A DNA stretch of 64,000 nucleotides, from NCBI RefSeq assembly GCF_053078305.1, contig NZ_CP166879.1, one strand, 5' to 3'. The translations under genes and the position numbers were made by a program. The notes below the pieces were generated by a model. It did no database searches, was not told the origin of the DNA, and saw only the letters and a list, made by a program, of their open reading frames with translations. This document shows positions 49,131 to 58,419 of the stretch, in pieces. Position 1 is the stretch's first letter, and each line of letters opens with the position of its first letter.

Positions 49131-50017
49131 TGTATTTTGTCGACAACAATTCAGGTGTGACCGATATGCCACCACTGGCCCCCTCTCAGGGTACGCAGGT
49201 TAAATGGTTTACTGAAGGTGACGGACGCAAAGGGATCAGCCATATCGGTCAGGACTGGCTGAACATCGTGCAGGCAGAGCTGCTTGCCATTCTGACAGAA
49301 GGAAAGGTTCAGCCGGATAAGGCAAAACTGAACCAGCTGGTGACAGCCATTAAGGCAATCATTGCAGCAAACGCATACAGCCGGAAAAACAACCTTAAGG
49401 AGATTGCGGATGCAGGTGCAGAAGCACAGGCTGCTGCCCGCCGTCATCTGGGGCTGGGAGGATTATCAGGAAAAGACAGTCTGGCTGCTGCTGATGTGGG
49501 AGCACTGGAGAAATCCCGGAATTTTGACGATGTACCGGATAAACCGACGGCCCGCCTGAATCTTGATGTTTACAGTAAGGGAGAAGGCGATGAGCGTTAT
49601 CTGCGCAGGGACCAGAATGGCGCGGATATCCCGGACAAAGGAACCTTTATCGATAACCTCGGTTTACGGGAAACGGTAAATAAGGCTGCTGATGCCCTGC
49701 CATCGGGTGGAACCGCCGTGGCAGCGAATAAACTCGCCACCCCAGTAAATATTAATGGCGTTCCTTTCGACGGAACGCAGGATATCAATATTACATCGGG
49801 GATGACGCAGTCTGTGGCTGACTCACGTTATGTTCAAAGCATTCGAAGAGGTTCAAGGTCAACGATTGGAATGCAATATAATATTTTTGAAGTTCCTGAC
49901 GGATGCGTACTTACAGGGCTTGATGTCGCTGGTGATGGTAATGCAACGGTAACCGCATATTATCGCCCTGTTCAGTTTCTGATAAATGGTTCGTGGAAAA
50001 CAGCTTCCAGCGCATAA
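49130..50017 (+). CDS. tail fibre protein S (constant part plus variable part Sv in current orientation)
   Basis: 295 aa; C-terminal third lies inside the invertible segment. Confidence 0.75.
   Translation: MYFVDNNSGVTDMPPLAPSQGTQVKWFTEGDGRKGISHIGQDWLNIVQAELLAILTEGKVQPDKAKLNQLVTAIKAIIAANAYSRKNNLKEIADAGAEAQAAARRHLGLGGLSGKDSLAAADVGALEKSRNFDDVPDKPTARLNLDVYSKGEGDERYLRRDQNGADIPDKGTFIDNLGLRETVNKAADALPSGGTAVAANKLATPVNINGVPFDGTQDINITSGMTQSVADSRYVQSIRRGSRSTIGMQYNIFEVPDGCVLTGLDVAGDGNATVTAYYRPVQFLINGSWKTASSA
49655..49788. repeat. left inverted repeat of invertible tail-fibre segment (134 bp)
   Basis: Reverse-complement identical to 50906-51039 by manual comparison. Confidence 0.8.
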
Positions 50018-50096
50018 AAGTGCAGTAGTTCAAAAAACAGATTATCTGAATAAATATATGATGATTTTGTCTTTTCAACAAAAACAAGGTGAAATA

Positions 50097-50618
50097 ATGG
50101 AGCTTATTAACGTAAAACGATATTACCCGGAACACAAACCCTATGGTGAGGATGTTCAGTATTTCCAGAGTGAGGACGGAAGGGATTTTTATGAATCTCT
50201 CCCGCTTTTCACAAAGAAATACAAACTCTGTATTTCGCCTGTAACGGGTATTATCTGCTCTGTTGCTGAAGATGTCTCTGCTTTATATCCGGCAGGTTTT
50301 ACTGTTGTTGAAGTGGACGAACTGCCGGAAGGTGTGGATATTGACGGTAACTGGCAGTTTTCTGATGGCCTGATATCAAAGGTGCCGGTAAACTGGAAGA
50401 CGGTTGCTGAAAAGCGCCGCTCATCGCTGCTCCAGGAAGCCAACGAAACTGTGGATGACTGGAAAACGGAATTAAAACTGGACATGATTAGCGATGAAAA
50501 TAAATTACAGCTGACGCGCTGGATGGCGTATATCCGACAGCTTAAAGAAATGCACTTTAATGATATTGCCAGTGAGGGGCATTACCAGGCGATTCCCTGG
50601 CCGGAAAAACCGGAATAA
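50097..50618 (+). CDS. tail fibre assembly protein (U-like)
   Basis: 174 aa from ATG at 50097; inside invertible segment. Confidence 0.7.
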   Translation: MELINVKRYYPEHKPYGEDVQYFQSEDGRDFYESLPLFTKKYKLCISPVTGIICSVAEDVSALYPAGFTVVEVDELPEGVDIDGNWQFSDGLISKVPVNWKTVAEKRRSSLLQEANETVDDWKTELKLDMISDENKLQLTRWMAYIRQLKEMHFNDIASEGHYQAIPWPEKPE

Positions 50619-50652
50619 TTCAGAGGGTGCATTCAGCACCCTTTTCTGTGGT

Positions 50653-50976
50653 TTACACTGAACTTACCGTTCTCCAGGCATTATTAATATAAATCTGAAC
50701 CGGGCGATAATAGACCCCACCGATATTGTCCGCAGACCGGGAGCCGGTTTCCTGCACGTTAATACCGGAAAGCATACAACCGGAAGGTGCGCTGTAATTC
50801 CATGACATTTCATTGCCTCCGGGTGAATGATAGCTCTGTGCTCCAAGCTGAACATTCTGTACATACCGGCCATCTGCGGTTGACTGCGTCATTCCTGACG
50901 TGATGTTGATATCCTGCGTTCCGTCGAAAGGAACGCCATTAATATTTACTGGGGTGGCGAGTTTATTCGCTGCCAC
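50653..50976 (-). CDS. alternative tail-fibre C-terminal cassette (Sv'), promoterless in current orientation
   Basis: Minus-strand ORF homologous to S C-terminus (ANKLATPVNINGVPFDGTQDINITSGMTQS...). Confidence 0.7.
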   Translation of the reverse strand: MAANKLATPVNINGVPFDGTQDINITSGMTQSTADGRYVQNVQLGAQSYHSPGGNEMSWNYSAPSGCMLSGINVQETGSRSADNIGGVYYRPVQIYINNAWRTVSSV

Positions 50977-51039
50977 GGCGGTTCCACCCGATGGCAGGGC
51001 ATCAGCAGCCTTATTTACCGTTTCCCGTAAACCGAGGTT
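50906..51039. repeat. right inverted repeat of invertible segment (134 bp)
   Basis: Partner of 49655-49788. Confidence 0.8.
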
Positions 51040-51101
51040 TCAGGGATGTCGTATATCTGCTTTAAAAGGCATTTTCACCTCTTTTTAAGGAAGGTAAATA
51101 C

Positions 51102-51662
51102 ATGCTGATTGGCTATATACGCGTATCAACAAATGACCAGAACACAGGTTTACAAAGAAATGCGCTGGAATGTGCAGGATGTAAGCTGATTTTTGAAGAT
51201 AAAATGAGCGGAAAAACAACGCAGCGGCCGGGACTGAAGCGGGCACTGAAGAAACTAAAACCCGGTGACACGCTGATGGTCTGGAAACTGGACAGGCTGG
51301 GGCGCAGTATGCGCCACCTTGTTGCGCTGACAGATGAATTACAGCAACAGGGGATAAATTTTCGTAGTCTTACTGACAACATTGATACGTCAACCCCCAT
51401 GGGGCGCTTCTTTTTTCACATAATGGGTGCGCTGGCAGAAATGGAGCGTGAATTGATTGTCGAACGGACACGGGCTGGTCTTGCAGCTGCCCGTGAAAGG
51501 GGACGAACCGGTGGCAGACCCCGTCGTCTCACGCAGGAACAATACGAGCAGGTCGGGCGTTTACTGGCCGGGGGTGTCAGCCGAAGACAGGTGGCACTTA
51601 TTTTTGATATCGGCCTTTCAACCCTTTATCGTTATTATCCTGCAAGCATTTCGGAAAAATAA
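51102..51662 (+). CDS. gin: serine recombinase, Gin/Hin/Pin-family DNA invertase
   Basis: MLIGYIRVSTNDQ catalytic N-terminus, C-terminal HTH; adjacent to inverted repeats. Confidence 0.9.
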   Translation: MLIGYIRVSTNDQNTGLQRNALECAGCKLIFEDKMSGKTTQRPGLKRALKKLKPGDTLMVWKLDRLGRSMRHLVALTDELQQQGINFRSLTDNIDTSTPMGRFFFHIMGALAEMERELIVERTRAGLAAARERGRTGGRPRRLTQEQYEQVGRLLAGGVSRRQVALIFDIGLSTLYRYYPASISEK

Positions 51663-51752
51663 GACGCTCCCTTTGTTGGGCCTTTACTGAATTAACGCAA
51701 AATGGCGTTTATCGGTCTGTGGATATGATAATTCTGTTTATTCAGGAACAGG

Positions 51753-53810
51753 ATGAATATTATGACGTCCAAATGGGTTCAACTATCATCAATGCCCGGA
51801 AACTTTACCGTTAAAGTTTCCGGTGGTACAGCGGCATTTCTTGAGGCTCCTTTTCCTCCGGCTGAAACGAAAGGAGGAATGACATTTGCTGACTGTCTCA
51901 TCAGTTTTAATACACAGGATTGCCTGTGGGTAAGGCCAGTATCCGGTGATCCGAACGTGGAAATTACCGGAGCGGGTATTGGTGCTGTCATTCCGTTAAG
52001 TGCTGATGTTGCCGGTACTACTGAACCGTCAGACTGGGATAATGCTGAAACACATACCCGTCCGGCAGGAAATGAAACGGCTTCCAGCTCCCCTTCCTGG
52101 TATTACGTGATTGTTATAGCCGGTCAGTCCAATGCTTCATCTTATGGTGAAGGGTTGCCCCTGCCGGATTCTTATGATCGTCCTGATCCACGTATTATGC
52201 AGCTGGCACGCAGGAATACACAAACCCCCGGAGGTATTCCCTGCAAATACAATGAAATCATTCCAGCAGATCACTGCCTTCATGATGTTCAGAATATGAG
52301 TCTGCTGAACCATCCAAAAGCAGACCTGAAAAAAGGGCAGTATGGTTGTGTGGGTCAGGGACTTCATATTGCGAAAAAAGTATTACCGGTGATTCCTGCT
52401 GATGCCGGGATTTTACTGGTTCCCTGTGCCCGTGGCGGCTCTGCTTTTACAACCGGCGCAGTTGGCTCATTCGATCCGGCAAGTGGTGCAGCCGAGGCGT
52501 CACTACGCTGGGGAGTGGATACCCCACTGTATCAGGATCTTGTCAGTCGAACGAAAGCGGCACTTGAGGCGAATCCAAAGAATGTGCTGTTATCTGTCGT
52601 ATGGATTCAGGGGGAAGGAGACCTTAAAGCGACCCCGGCCCAGCATGGTGCCCAGTTTACTGCGATGGTGAAAAAATTCCGTGCGGATCTTGGTGCTTTC
52701 TCCGGTCAGTGTATTGGTGGTTCATCAGACAGTGTGCCGTGGTTATGTGGTGACACAACCTATGACTGGAAAGAGAAGAACCCGGCGGCATATGAAACCA
52801 TTTATAGCGGATATAAAAACCGGGCTTCCGAGAACATTCACTTTGTTCCACTGATGCACGATGAGTTCGGTAATAAAACCGCGACCAACCTGCCGGAGCA
52901 CGACCCGGATATCGCTTCTGCCGGGTATTATGGTGCGGAATCACGGGGAGATGGCAACTGGACAACAGCATCCAGGGCAACCCATTTTAGCTCCTGGGCG
53001 CGCCGTTTTCTGGTCTCAGATCGTTTTGCATCAGCAATTCTTAAATATGCAGGTCTGACCTCTGCATTTATTGCCGGTGTGGCCCCTGATGGTGAAGCCC
53101 TGCCTCAGCCCGCGCCGGGTGGAAAACCGGAAGCTCCGACAGGTAGTCAGCCAGGAAGCAGTGAGTCCCCCCAGCCGACATCCCCGTCACTCCGTACGCT
53201 GCTTTCACTTAAAGCATCAGCAGGGGAAGCCCCGGCTCAGGGATGGAAAATTACAGATGGTACAATCCAGCTGACGGACGAAGGTAAAGCGCTGACCGTA
53301 TCCAAACAAAGCGGAAAAACCTGGTCACTTACCCATGCGACCAGTGCTGCCGGAGAGCTGTTGCAGCATGGTGGTCAGTTGACCTGTAAATTCCGTCTGT
53401 CAGGTGAAGTAAAAGAAGGCCAGTTTGCTCTGGGTATTTACCTCCACACCGATACGGTCCCGGAAGGTGTAACCATGAGTGGTACAGGCACACCGTTCCT
53501 GATGGCGTATTATCTCCAGACAACAGGCGGCCAGTTAAATCTGATGCACCATAAAACAGGGGGGAATACGAAACTGGGATCATTTGGAGCCTACAATAAC
53601 CAGTGGCATACACTTGTCCTGAAGTTTACGGCGGGAAGTGCCCAGGTAACGCCTGTGCTGGATGGCACTCCGGGCCAGGCATTCCAGATGGTGAAAGATG
53701 CACTTTCCCCTGCCAAAGATACGCTGACACTGACAGATGTCACCAAAGGGGCAACTTATGGCGTGTCTTTTGAGAGCGTTGTCCTTGAGGTTAATACCCC
53801 TGCGGCATAA
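51753..53810 (+). CDS. NanS-p-like sialate O-acetylesterase (SASA-type esterase with lectin-like C-terminal domain), tentative
   Basis: 685 aa; GQSNASSYGEG esterase motif; cargo position between gin and com/mom. Confidence 0.5.
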   Translation: MNIMTSKWVQLSSMPGNFTVKVSGGTAAFLEAPFPPAETKGGMTFADCLISFNTQDCLWVRPVSGDPNVEITGAGIGAVIPLSADVAGTTEPSDWDNAETHTRPAGNETASSSPSWYYVIVIAGQSNASSYGEGLPLPDSYDRPDPRIMQLARRNTQTPGGIPCKYNEIIPADHCLHDVQNMSLLNHPKADLKKGQYGCVGQGLHIAKKVLPVIPADAGILLVPCARGGSAFTTGAVGSFDPASGAAEASLRWGVDTPLYQDLVSRTKAALEANPKNVLLSVVWIQGEGDLKATPAQHGAQFTAMVKKFRADLGAFSGQCIGGSSDSVPWLCGDTTYDWKEKNPAAYETIYSGYKNRASENIHFVPLMHDEFGNKTATNLPEHDPDIASAGYYGAESRGDGNWTTASRATHFSSWARRFLVSDRFASAILKYAGLTSAFIAGVAPDGEALPQPAPGGKPEAPTGSQPGSSESPQPTSPSLRTLLSLKASAGEAPAQGWKITDGTIQLTDEGKALTVSKQSGKTWSLTHATSAAGELLQHGGQLTCKFRLSGEVKEGQFALGIYLHTDTVPEGVTMSGTGTPFLMAYYLQTTGGQLNLMHHKTGGNTKLGSFGAYNNQWHTLVLKFTAGSAQVTPVLDGTPGQAFQMVKDALSPAKDTLTLTDVTKGATYGVSFESVVLEVNTPAA

Positions 53811-54082
53811 TCGTGACGGCCGGGAATTTATCCGGCTGTAACATCAGTTAATAAGAGTGAGGCTTATATGACATATATAAACGTCTGCCTGCTGTATTTC
53901 TGCACGGTGGTTTGTTGTCTGTTGCTTGTCAGCGGTGGTTATAAAATTATTCGCAATTATTTTCGAAATAAAATTGATGCAGCTGCCGAGGAAAAGATAA
54001 AAAGCGGTGCTGTAATGCCGCAGCCGAAAGACTCCGGTCAGATTTAATTTTTTGTGAACCAGAAAAGGAAAGGAGAATATTC

Positions 54083-54328
54083 ATGCCAGAGATTAAAGGC
54101 ACGGTTACTGAAGAGCTTGTCAAACAGGCACTTTATTCTGAAGAAGTGAACCGCGTGCTGAAGGCGCAGGTTCGCAAGGATTTTGAGGCACAAATCGACG
54201 CATATGTTGATGAAGTGCTGGCCCGAATGGTTGGCCATTCTCCGGCTGAAAACAGCACGGAGAATGAGCCTCAGCCCGTAGAGCAACCAGAGCCGGTTCA
54301 GCCCGGAACTGACAGTGCCATGATGTAA
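54083..54328 (+). CDS. hypothetical protein
   Basis: 81 aa, AAGGAG RBS. Confidence 0.4.
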   Translation: MPEIKGTVTEELVKQALYSEEVNRVLKAQVRKDFEAQIDAYVDEVLARMVGHSPAENSTENEPQPVEQPEPVQPGTDSAMM

Positions 54329-54402
54329 CAATACAAACCGACAGCTTCTCCTGTCGGTTTGATTTTCATGGGCGATGTATATACCAGTCAGAGGAAATAA
54401 TC

Positions 54403-54603
54403 ATGGACAAGAACAAAAAGCAGCCCGATACCAAAGGTCTGGAAATATTAAGCGCAGAAATTATCAATGCGCTACGTTCAGGACTTGATGAAAATACATT
54501 ACAGGATCGAAACTTCACCACTGCAATGTGGATAGCGATGCAGATCCTGTGTACCCCAAGATGCGCTATTTTTGCGGTTCGTGAGGGTCAGTTGACTCGC
54601 TGA
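54403..54603 (+). CDS. hypothetical protein
   Basis: 66-aa ORF; competing antisense ORF 54566-54796. Confidence 0.3.
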   Translation: MDKNKKQPDTKGLEILSAEIINALRSGLDENTLQDRNFTTAMWIAMQILCTPRCAIFAVREGQLTR

Positions 54604-55258
54604 TTGCCCGAATTACATCAGAAAAGCACGCGTTCCATAATTGCATAGCTGATGAATCACCAGCTGTATGAAAAGAGGTAAAGACACAACTGGTGGATGT
54701 CATTGCTGCAATTGTGATATCAGCTGCAATTCGCGCAGCCTGTAACTTTTGGTCGGTGGTCAGTTTATCCATTTTCTCCTGCCTGAACAGATGCATCTCT
54801 GCTTTACAGGAGGCCGGGGAATATCATAGGATACACCACGAGCTCAGAGTGAAGCATTGATGCAGTTTTTTACAGATTGACCCAGAATAGTTCGCGCTAT
54901 CTGAGTCGCCATTTATGTAGTCCCGAAGTAAAGCATTGATGCAAACTTGTCTAAATCGGCCCAGCATAGTTCCAGCTATGCTGGGTTTCCCTTTTATGTA
55001 GTATCCTGTTGATTTGAAACATACTACATATACGCGCGATCCTACCTTCACTGGATAAAAAGTCAATAAAATGATCATTTTATGATCGTTTTCACCACCT
55101 AACTCTTCGTTTTCTTTAAGTAAATAATCACCGCCCTGAATCATTGTTGATGACTTTTCAATCTATTTGTTGTATCAATTAAACAAATCGAATCGATCGT
55201 TTTTGTCGATCGATTGCATGAGAAAGGCATCAACAACAAAGCAGGAGGTTATGCGGCC

Positions 55259-55459
55259 ATGTATCGAAACATACGGTGCCGACACTGCAATAAGCTACTG
55301 GCACGGGCCAGTTTCAGTTATCTGGAAGTAAAATGTCCGCGCTGTAAAACCCTCAATCAAATCACATCTCCGAGCGCCACAGAGCACCCCACATACACAA
55401 GGAAATCCTGTCGTGGGGAACAGAAAGCAAGTCACATCCCGTATCATCAGCACGCCTGA
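55259..55459 (+). CDS. com: Com zinc-finger translational activator of mom
   Basis: CRHCNKLL...CPRCK zinc finger; overlaps start of mom. Confidence 0.75.
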   Translation: MYRNIRCRHCNKLLARASFSYLEVKCPRCKTLNQITSPSATEHPTYTRKSCRGEQKASHIPYHQHA

Positions 55460-56150
55460 ACTTATTCGCTATAACGACAATATCGTTGGTTATGGTTCCC
55501 GTGAGTTGCGGGTTGAGACAATAAGTTGCTGGCTGGCCAGACTGGTTATCGTCAATAAACATTACAGCCACCGTTTCGTAAATAACTCCTACCTTCATCT
55601 GGGCATATTTTCAGAACGGGAACTTGTTGGCGTAATGCAATGGGGTTACGCCCTTAACCCAAACAGTGGTGCACGCGTCGTAACGGGTACGCAGAACCGA
55701 GAATATATGGAGCTGAACCGGCTATGGATGCATGACTGTATGCCGAGAAACTCCGAATCAAGGGCAATCAGTTACGCGCTCAAGCTAATCAGGCAGCTTT
55801 ATCCGCAGGTACAGTGGGTTCAGTCGTTTGCAGATGAGCGTTGTGGCTGTCTTGGTGTCGTGTATCAGGCAAGCAATTTTGATTATGTAGGCAGCCATGA
55901 AACAATATTCTATGAACTTGATGGCGAGTGGTATCACGAGATTTGCAGGAATGCCATTAAACGAGGCGGACAACGAGGTGAACATCTGAGGGCTAATATC
56001 GACAGAGCCAGTGTGCATAAGTTCCGACAGTTTCGTTACATCCGGTTTCTGAACAAGAGGGCCAGAAAACGCCTCAACACAAAGCTATTCAAAGTCCAGC
56101 CTTACCCAAAACCACAAACAGTTAAAACTGGTTTGAAAGAGAGTGAATGA
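55413..56150 (+). CDS. mom: DNA modification protein Mom
   Basis: 245 aa at extreme right end after com, as in Mu. Confidence 0.7.
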   Translation: MGNRKQVTSRIISTPELIRYNDNIVGYGSRELRVETISCWLARLVIVNKHYSHRFVNNSYLHLGIFSERELVGVMQWGYALNPNSGARVVTGTQNREYMELNRLWMHDCMPRNSESRAISYALKLIRQLYPQVQWVQSFADERCGCLGVVYQASNFDYVGSHETIFYELDGEWYHEICRNAIKRGGQRGEHLRANIDRASVHKFRQFRYIRFLNKRARKRLNTKLFKVQPYPKPQTVKTGLKESE

Positions 56151-56277
56151 GCGCTTAAAAACTCATTCTAAAACTCAAAAGAAAAGCGCCGATTTAGTAT
56201 CAAATAAGTTGCGTATCGGCGTTTTTCAGCGGTATCAAATGAAATGCAAATCGGTATCAAAAAAATCGCCGCGCTAT

Positions 56278-56391
56278 ATGCCGCTGACCACAGCATTTAA
56301 ACAGAATATTGAACGTATCCGGCGTGAACGCCTGCCAGAAGAACTGGCATATGCGCTGAAACAACAACTGAGGATTGCGATAAAACGATGA
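56278..56391 (+). pseudogene. Z: tail protein Z, downstream part resuming after Mu-like insertion
   Basis: [36 protein letters not shown] matches remembered lambda Z C-terminus. Confidence 0.8.
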
Positions 56392-56783
56392 AACATACTG
56401 ATATCCGTGCAGCCGTACTGGATGCACTGGAGAAGCATGACACCGGGGCGACGCTGTTTGATGGTCGCCCCGCTGTTTTTGAGGAGGCGGATTTTCCGGC
56501 GGTCGCGGTTTATCTGACGGATGCAGAGTATACCGGTGAAGAGCTGGATGCTGATACCTGGCGGGCCACACTGCATATTGAGGTGTTTTTACCGGCACAG
56601 GTACCGGATTCAGAGCTTGATCAGTGGATGGAAAGCCGGATTTACCCGGCGATGGCGGCGATCCCTGCACTGGCAGGCATGATTACCACGATGGTTACGC
56701 AGGGCTATGAGTATCGTCGTGATGACGATATGGCATTGTGGAGCTCTGCAGATCTGACTTATTCCATTACATACGAGATGTGA
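56388..56783 (+). CDS. U: tail terminator protein U
   Basis: 131 aa; near-identical to remembered lambda U. Confidence 0.9.
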   Translation: MKHTDIRAAVLDALEKHDTGATLFDGRPAVFEEADFPAVAVYLTDAEYTGEELDADTWRATLHIEVFLPAQVPDSELDQWMESRIYPAMAAIPALAGMITTMVTQGYEYRRDDDMALWSSADLTYSITYEM

Positions 56784-56790
56784 GGATGAT

Positions 56791-57540
56791 ATGGCAACAC
56801 CAAATCCCCTGGCGCCGGTAAAAGGTTCCGGCACCACGCTCTGGGTTTACACCGGTAAGGGCGATGCTTATGCAAACCCGCTGTCAGATGATGAGTGGAC
56901 GCGTCTGGCAAAAATAAAGGATCTGACCCCCGGCGAGATGACGGCGGAATCCTACGACGATAACTATCTGGATGATGAGGATGCTGACTGGGTATCCACC
57001 GGGCAGGGGCAGAAATCTGCCGGTGACACCAGTTTTACGCTGGCCTGGAAGCCCGGCGAGAAAGGGCAGCGTGATTTGATTGCCTGGTTTGACAGCAGTG
57101 AGACCCGGGCCTACAAAATCCGCTTCCCGAACGGTACGGTGGATGTGTTCCGTGGCTGGGTGAGCGCCATTGGTAAAGCGGTGACTGCCAAAGAAGTGAT
57201 TACCCGTACGGTAAAAATCACCAATATTGGTCGTCCGTCGCTGGCGGAGGATCGGGGAGAAATCACACCGGTCACCGGTATTACCGTGACGCCACTAACG
57301 GGGAATGTGGCAAAAGGTCAGAGCACCACCCTGACTGTGGCCGTTCAGCCGGAAGGCGCAACGGATAAAACATTCCGCGCAACGTCGGCAAATCAGAATT
57401 TCGCCACCATTACCGTGAAAGGGAACACGATCACCGTGAAAGGTGTTGCGGCAGGTAAAGCGCAGATCCCTGTTGTCACCGGCAACGGTGAGTTTGCGGC
57501 GGTGGCGGAGATCACCGTTACGGATGGCGCTGCGGGCTGA
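56791..57540 (+). CDS. V: major tail protein V
   Basis: 249 aa with C-terminal Ig-like domain; matches remembered lambda V. Confidence 0.9.
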   Translation: MATPNPLAPVKGSGTTLWVYTGKGDAYANPLSDDEWTRLAKIKDLTPGEMTAESYDDNYLDDEDADWVSTGQGQKSAGDTSFTLAWKPGEKGQRDLIAWFDSSETRAYKIRFPNGTVDVFRGWVSAIGKAVTAKEVITRTVKITNIGRPSLAEDRGEITPVTGITVTPLTGNVAKGQSTTLTVAVQPEGATDKTFRATSANQNFATITVKGNTITVKGVAAGKAQIPVVTGNGEFAAVAEITVTDGAAG

Positions 57541-57556
57541 GGGGAGGAGATCAAGC

Positions 57557-57979
57557 ATGTTCCTGAAAACAGAACAATTTGAATATAACGGTGTGTCCGT
57601 CACGCTGTCGGAACTGTCCGCGCTGCAGCGGTTTGATTATATAAAGTTTGTTTCAGACGCAGCACAACAGGAGACAACGGAGCATGATGCCGTGCACATT
57701 AACCAGCGATATCTGGAAACGGCATCCCTGCTTGTGGCGATGTCGCTATGGCATTCCCATTCCCTCAAAGGCACTCTGGCCTCTCCGGAGACAGAGATGC
57801 AGCAGATCCGCCGTGAAGTGATGCTGGGATGGCCTGCTGATGCACTGAATCAGGCAACGAACCGGGTGCTTTATCTTTCAGGTATGCTGGATAACCGGCA
57901 CGATGCCGATCCTGAACAAACCGGGAAAGCAGAAGCGACTGAGCCGGTAACATCAAAAAAGCATTCGAAGGCGAGCTGA
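57557..57979 (+). CDS. G: tail assembly chaperone G
   Basis: 140 aa; MFLKTEQFEYNGVSVTLSELSALQR matches remembered lambda G. Confidence 0.85.
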   Translation: MFLKTEQFEYNGVSVTLSELSALQRFDYIKFVSDAAQQETTEHDAVHINQRYLETASLLVAMSLWHSHSLKGTLASPETEMQQIRREVMLGWPADALNQATNRVLYLSGMLDNRHDADPEQTGKAEATEPVTSKKHSKAS

Positions 57980-58419
57980 ACTTTGTCCTGAAACTGGCGC
58001 GTGAGATGGGGAGAGCCGACTGGCGCGCCATGCTTGCCGGGATGACATCCACCGAATATGCCGACTGGCGACGTTTTTACTGCACGCATTATTTTCAGGA
58101 TACCCAACTGGACGCTCATTTTTCCGGGCTGATGTACGCCGTACTCAGCCTGTTTTTTGGCGATCCGGATATGCATCCGGCGGATTTCAGTCTGCTTGCT
58201 CCAGCGTGTGAGGAAGAGCAGACGGAGATGCCGGACGAGGAAGAAATGCTGATGCAGAAAGCGACAGGAGTTGCCGGAGGCGTCCGGTTCGGAGGGGACG
58301 GGGGACGCGATATTTCACCTTCTGCGGATGTGGTGGATGTCAGCGAGGATGATGTTGCATTAATGATGGCTTCAGCGGGGATTTCCGGAGGTGTGAGATA
58401 TGTCCCAGCCAGCGGGTGA
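57557..58419 (+). CDS. T: tail assembly protein G-T fusion made by -1 programmed frameshift (slippery A AAA AAG at 57955-57961)
   Basis: -1 frame opens at 57943 and runs to 58419; heptamer near end of G. Confidence 0.65.

Larger units (their letters stand above)
16941..56277 (+). mobile_element. Mu-like transposable prophage inserted in gene Z
   Basis: c-ner-A-B left arm, Mu-type head/tail module, G-segment with gin, com/mom at right end; TTTGATAC motifs at left end and GTATCAAA at right end; flanks GTGCC/ATGCC. Confidence 0.8.

Noticed and set aside
53869-53995. Small ORF downstream of the esterase gene
   Set aside because: Only ~41 codons on careful re-reading and no supporting features.
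54824-55144. 106-aa minus-strand ORF in the cargo region
   Set aside because: Overlaps two diverged direct repeats with hairpins; more likely non-coding. Not annotated as CDS.
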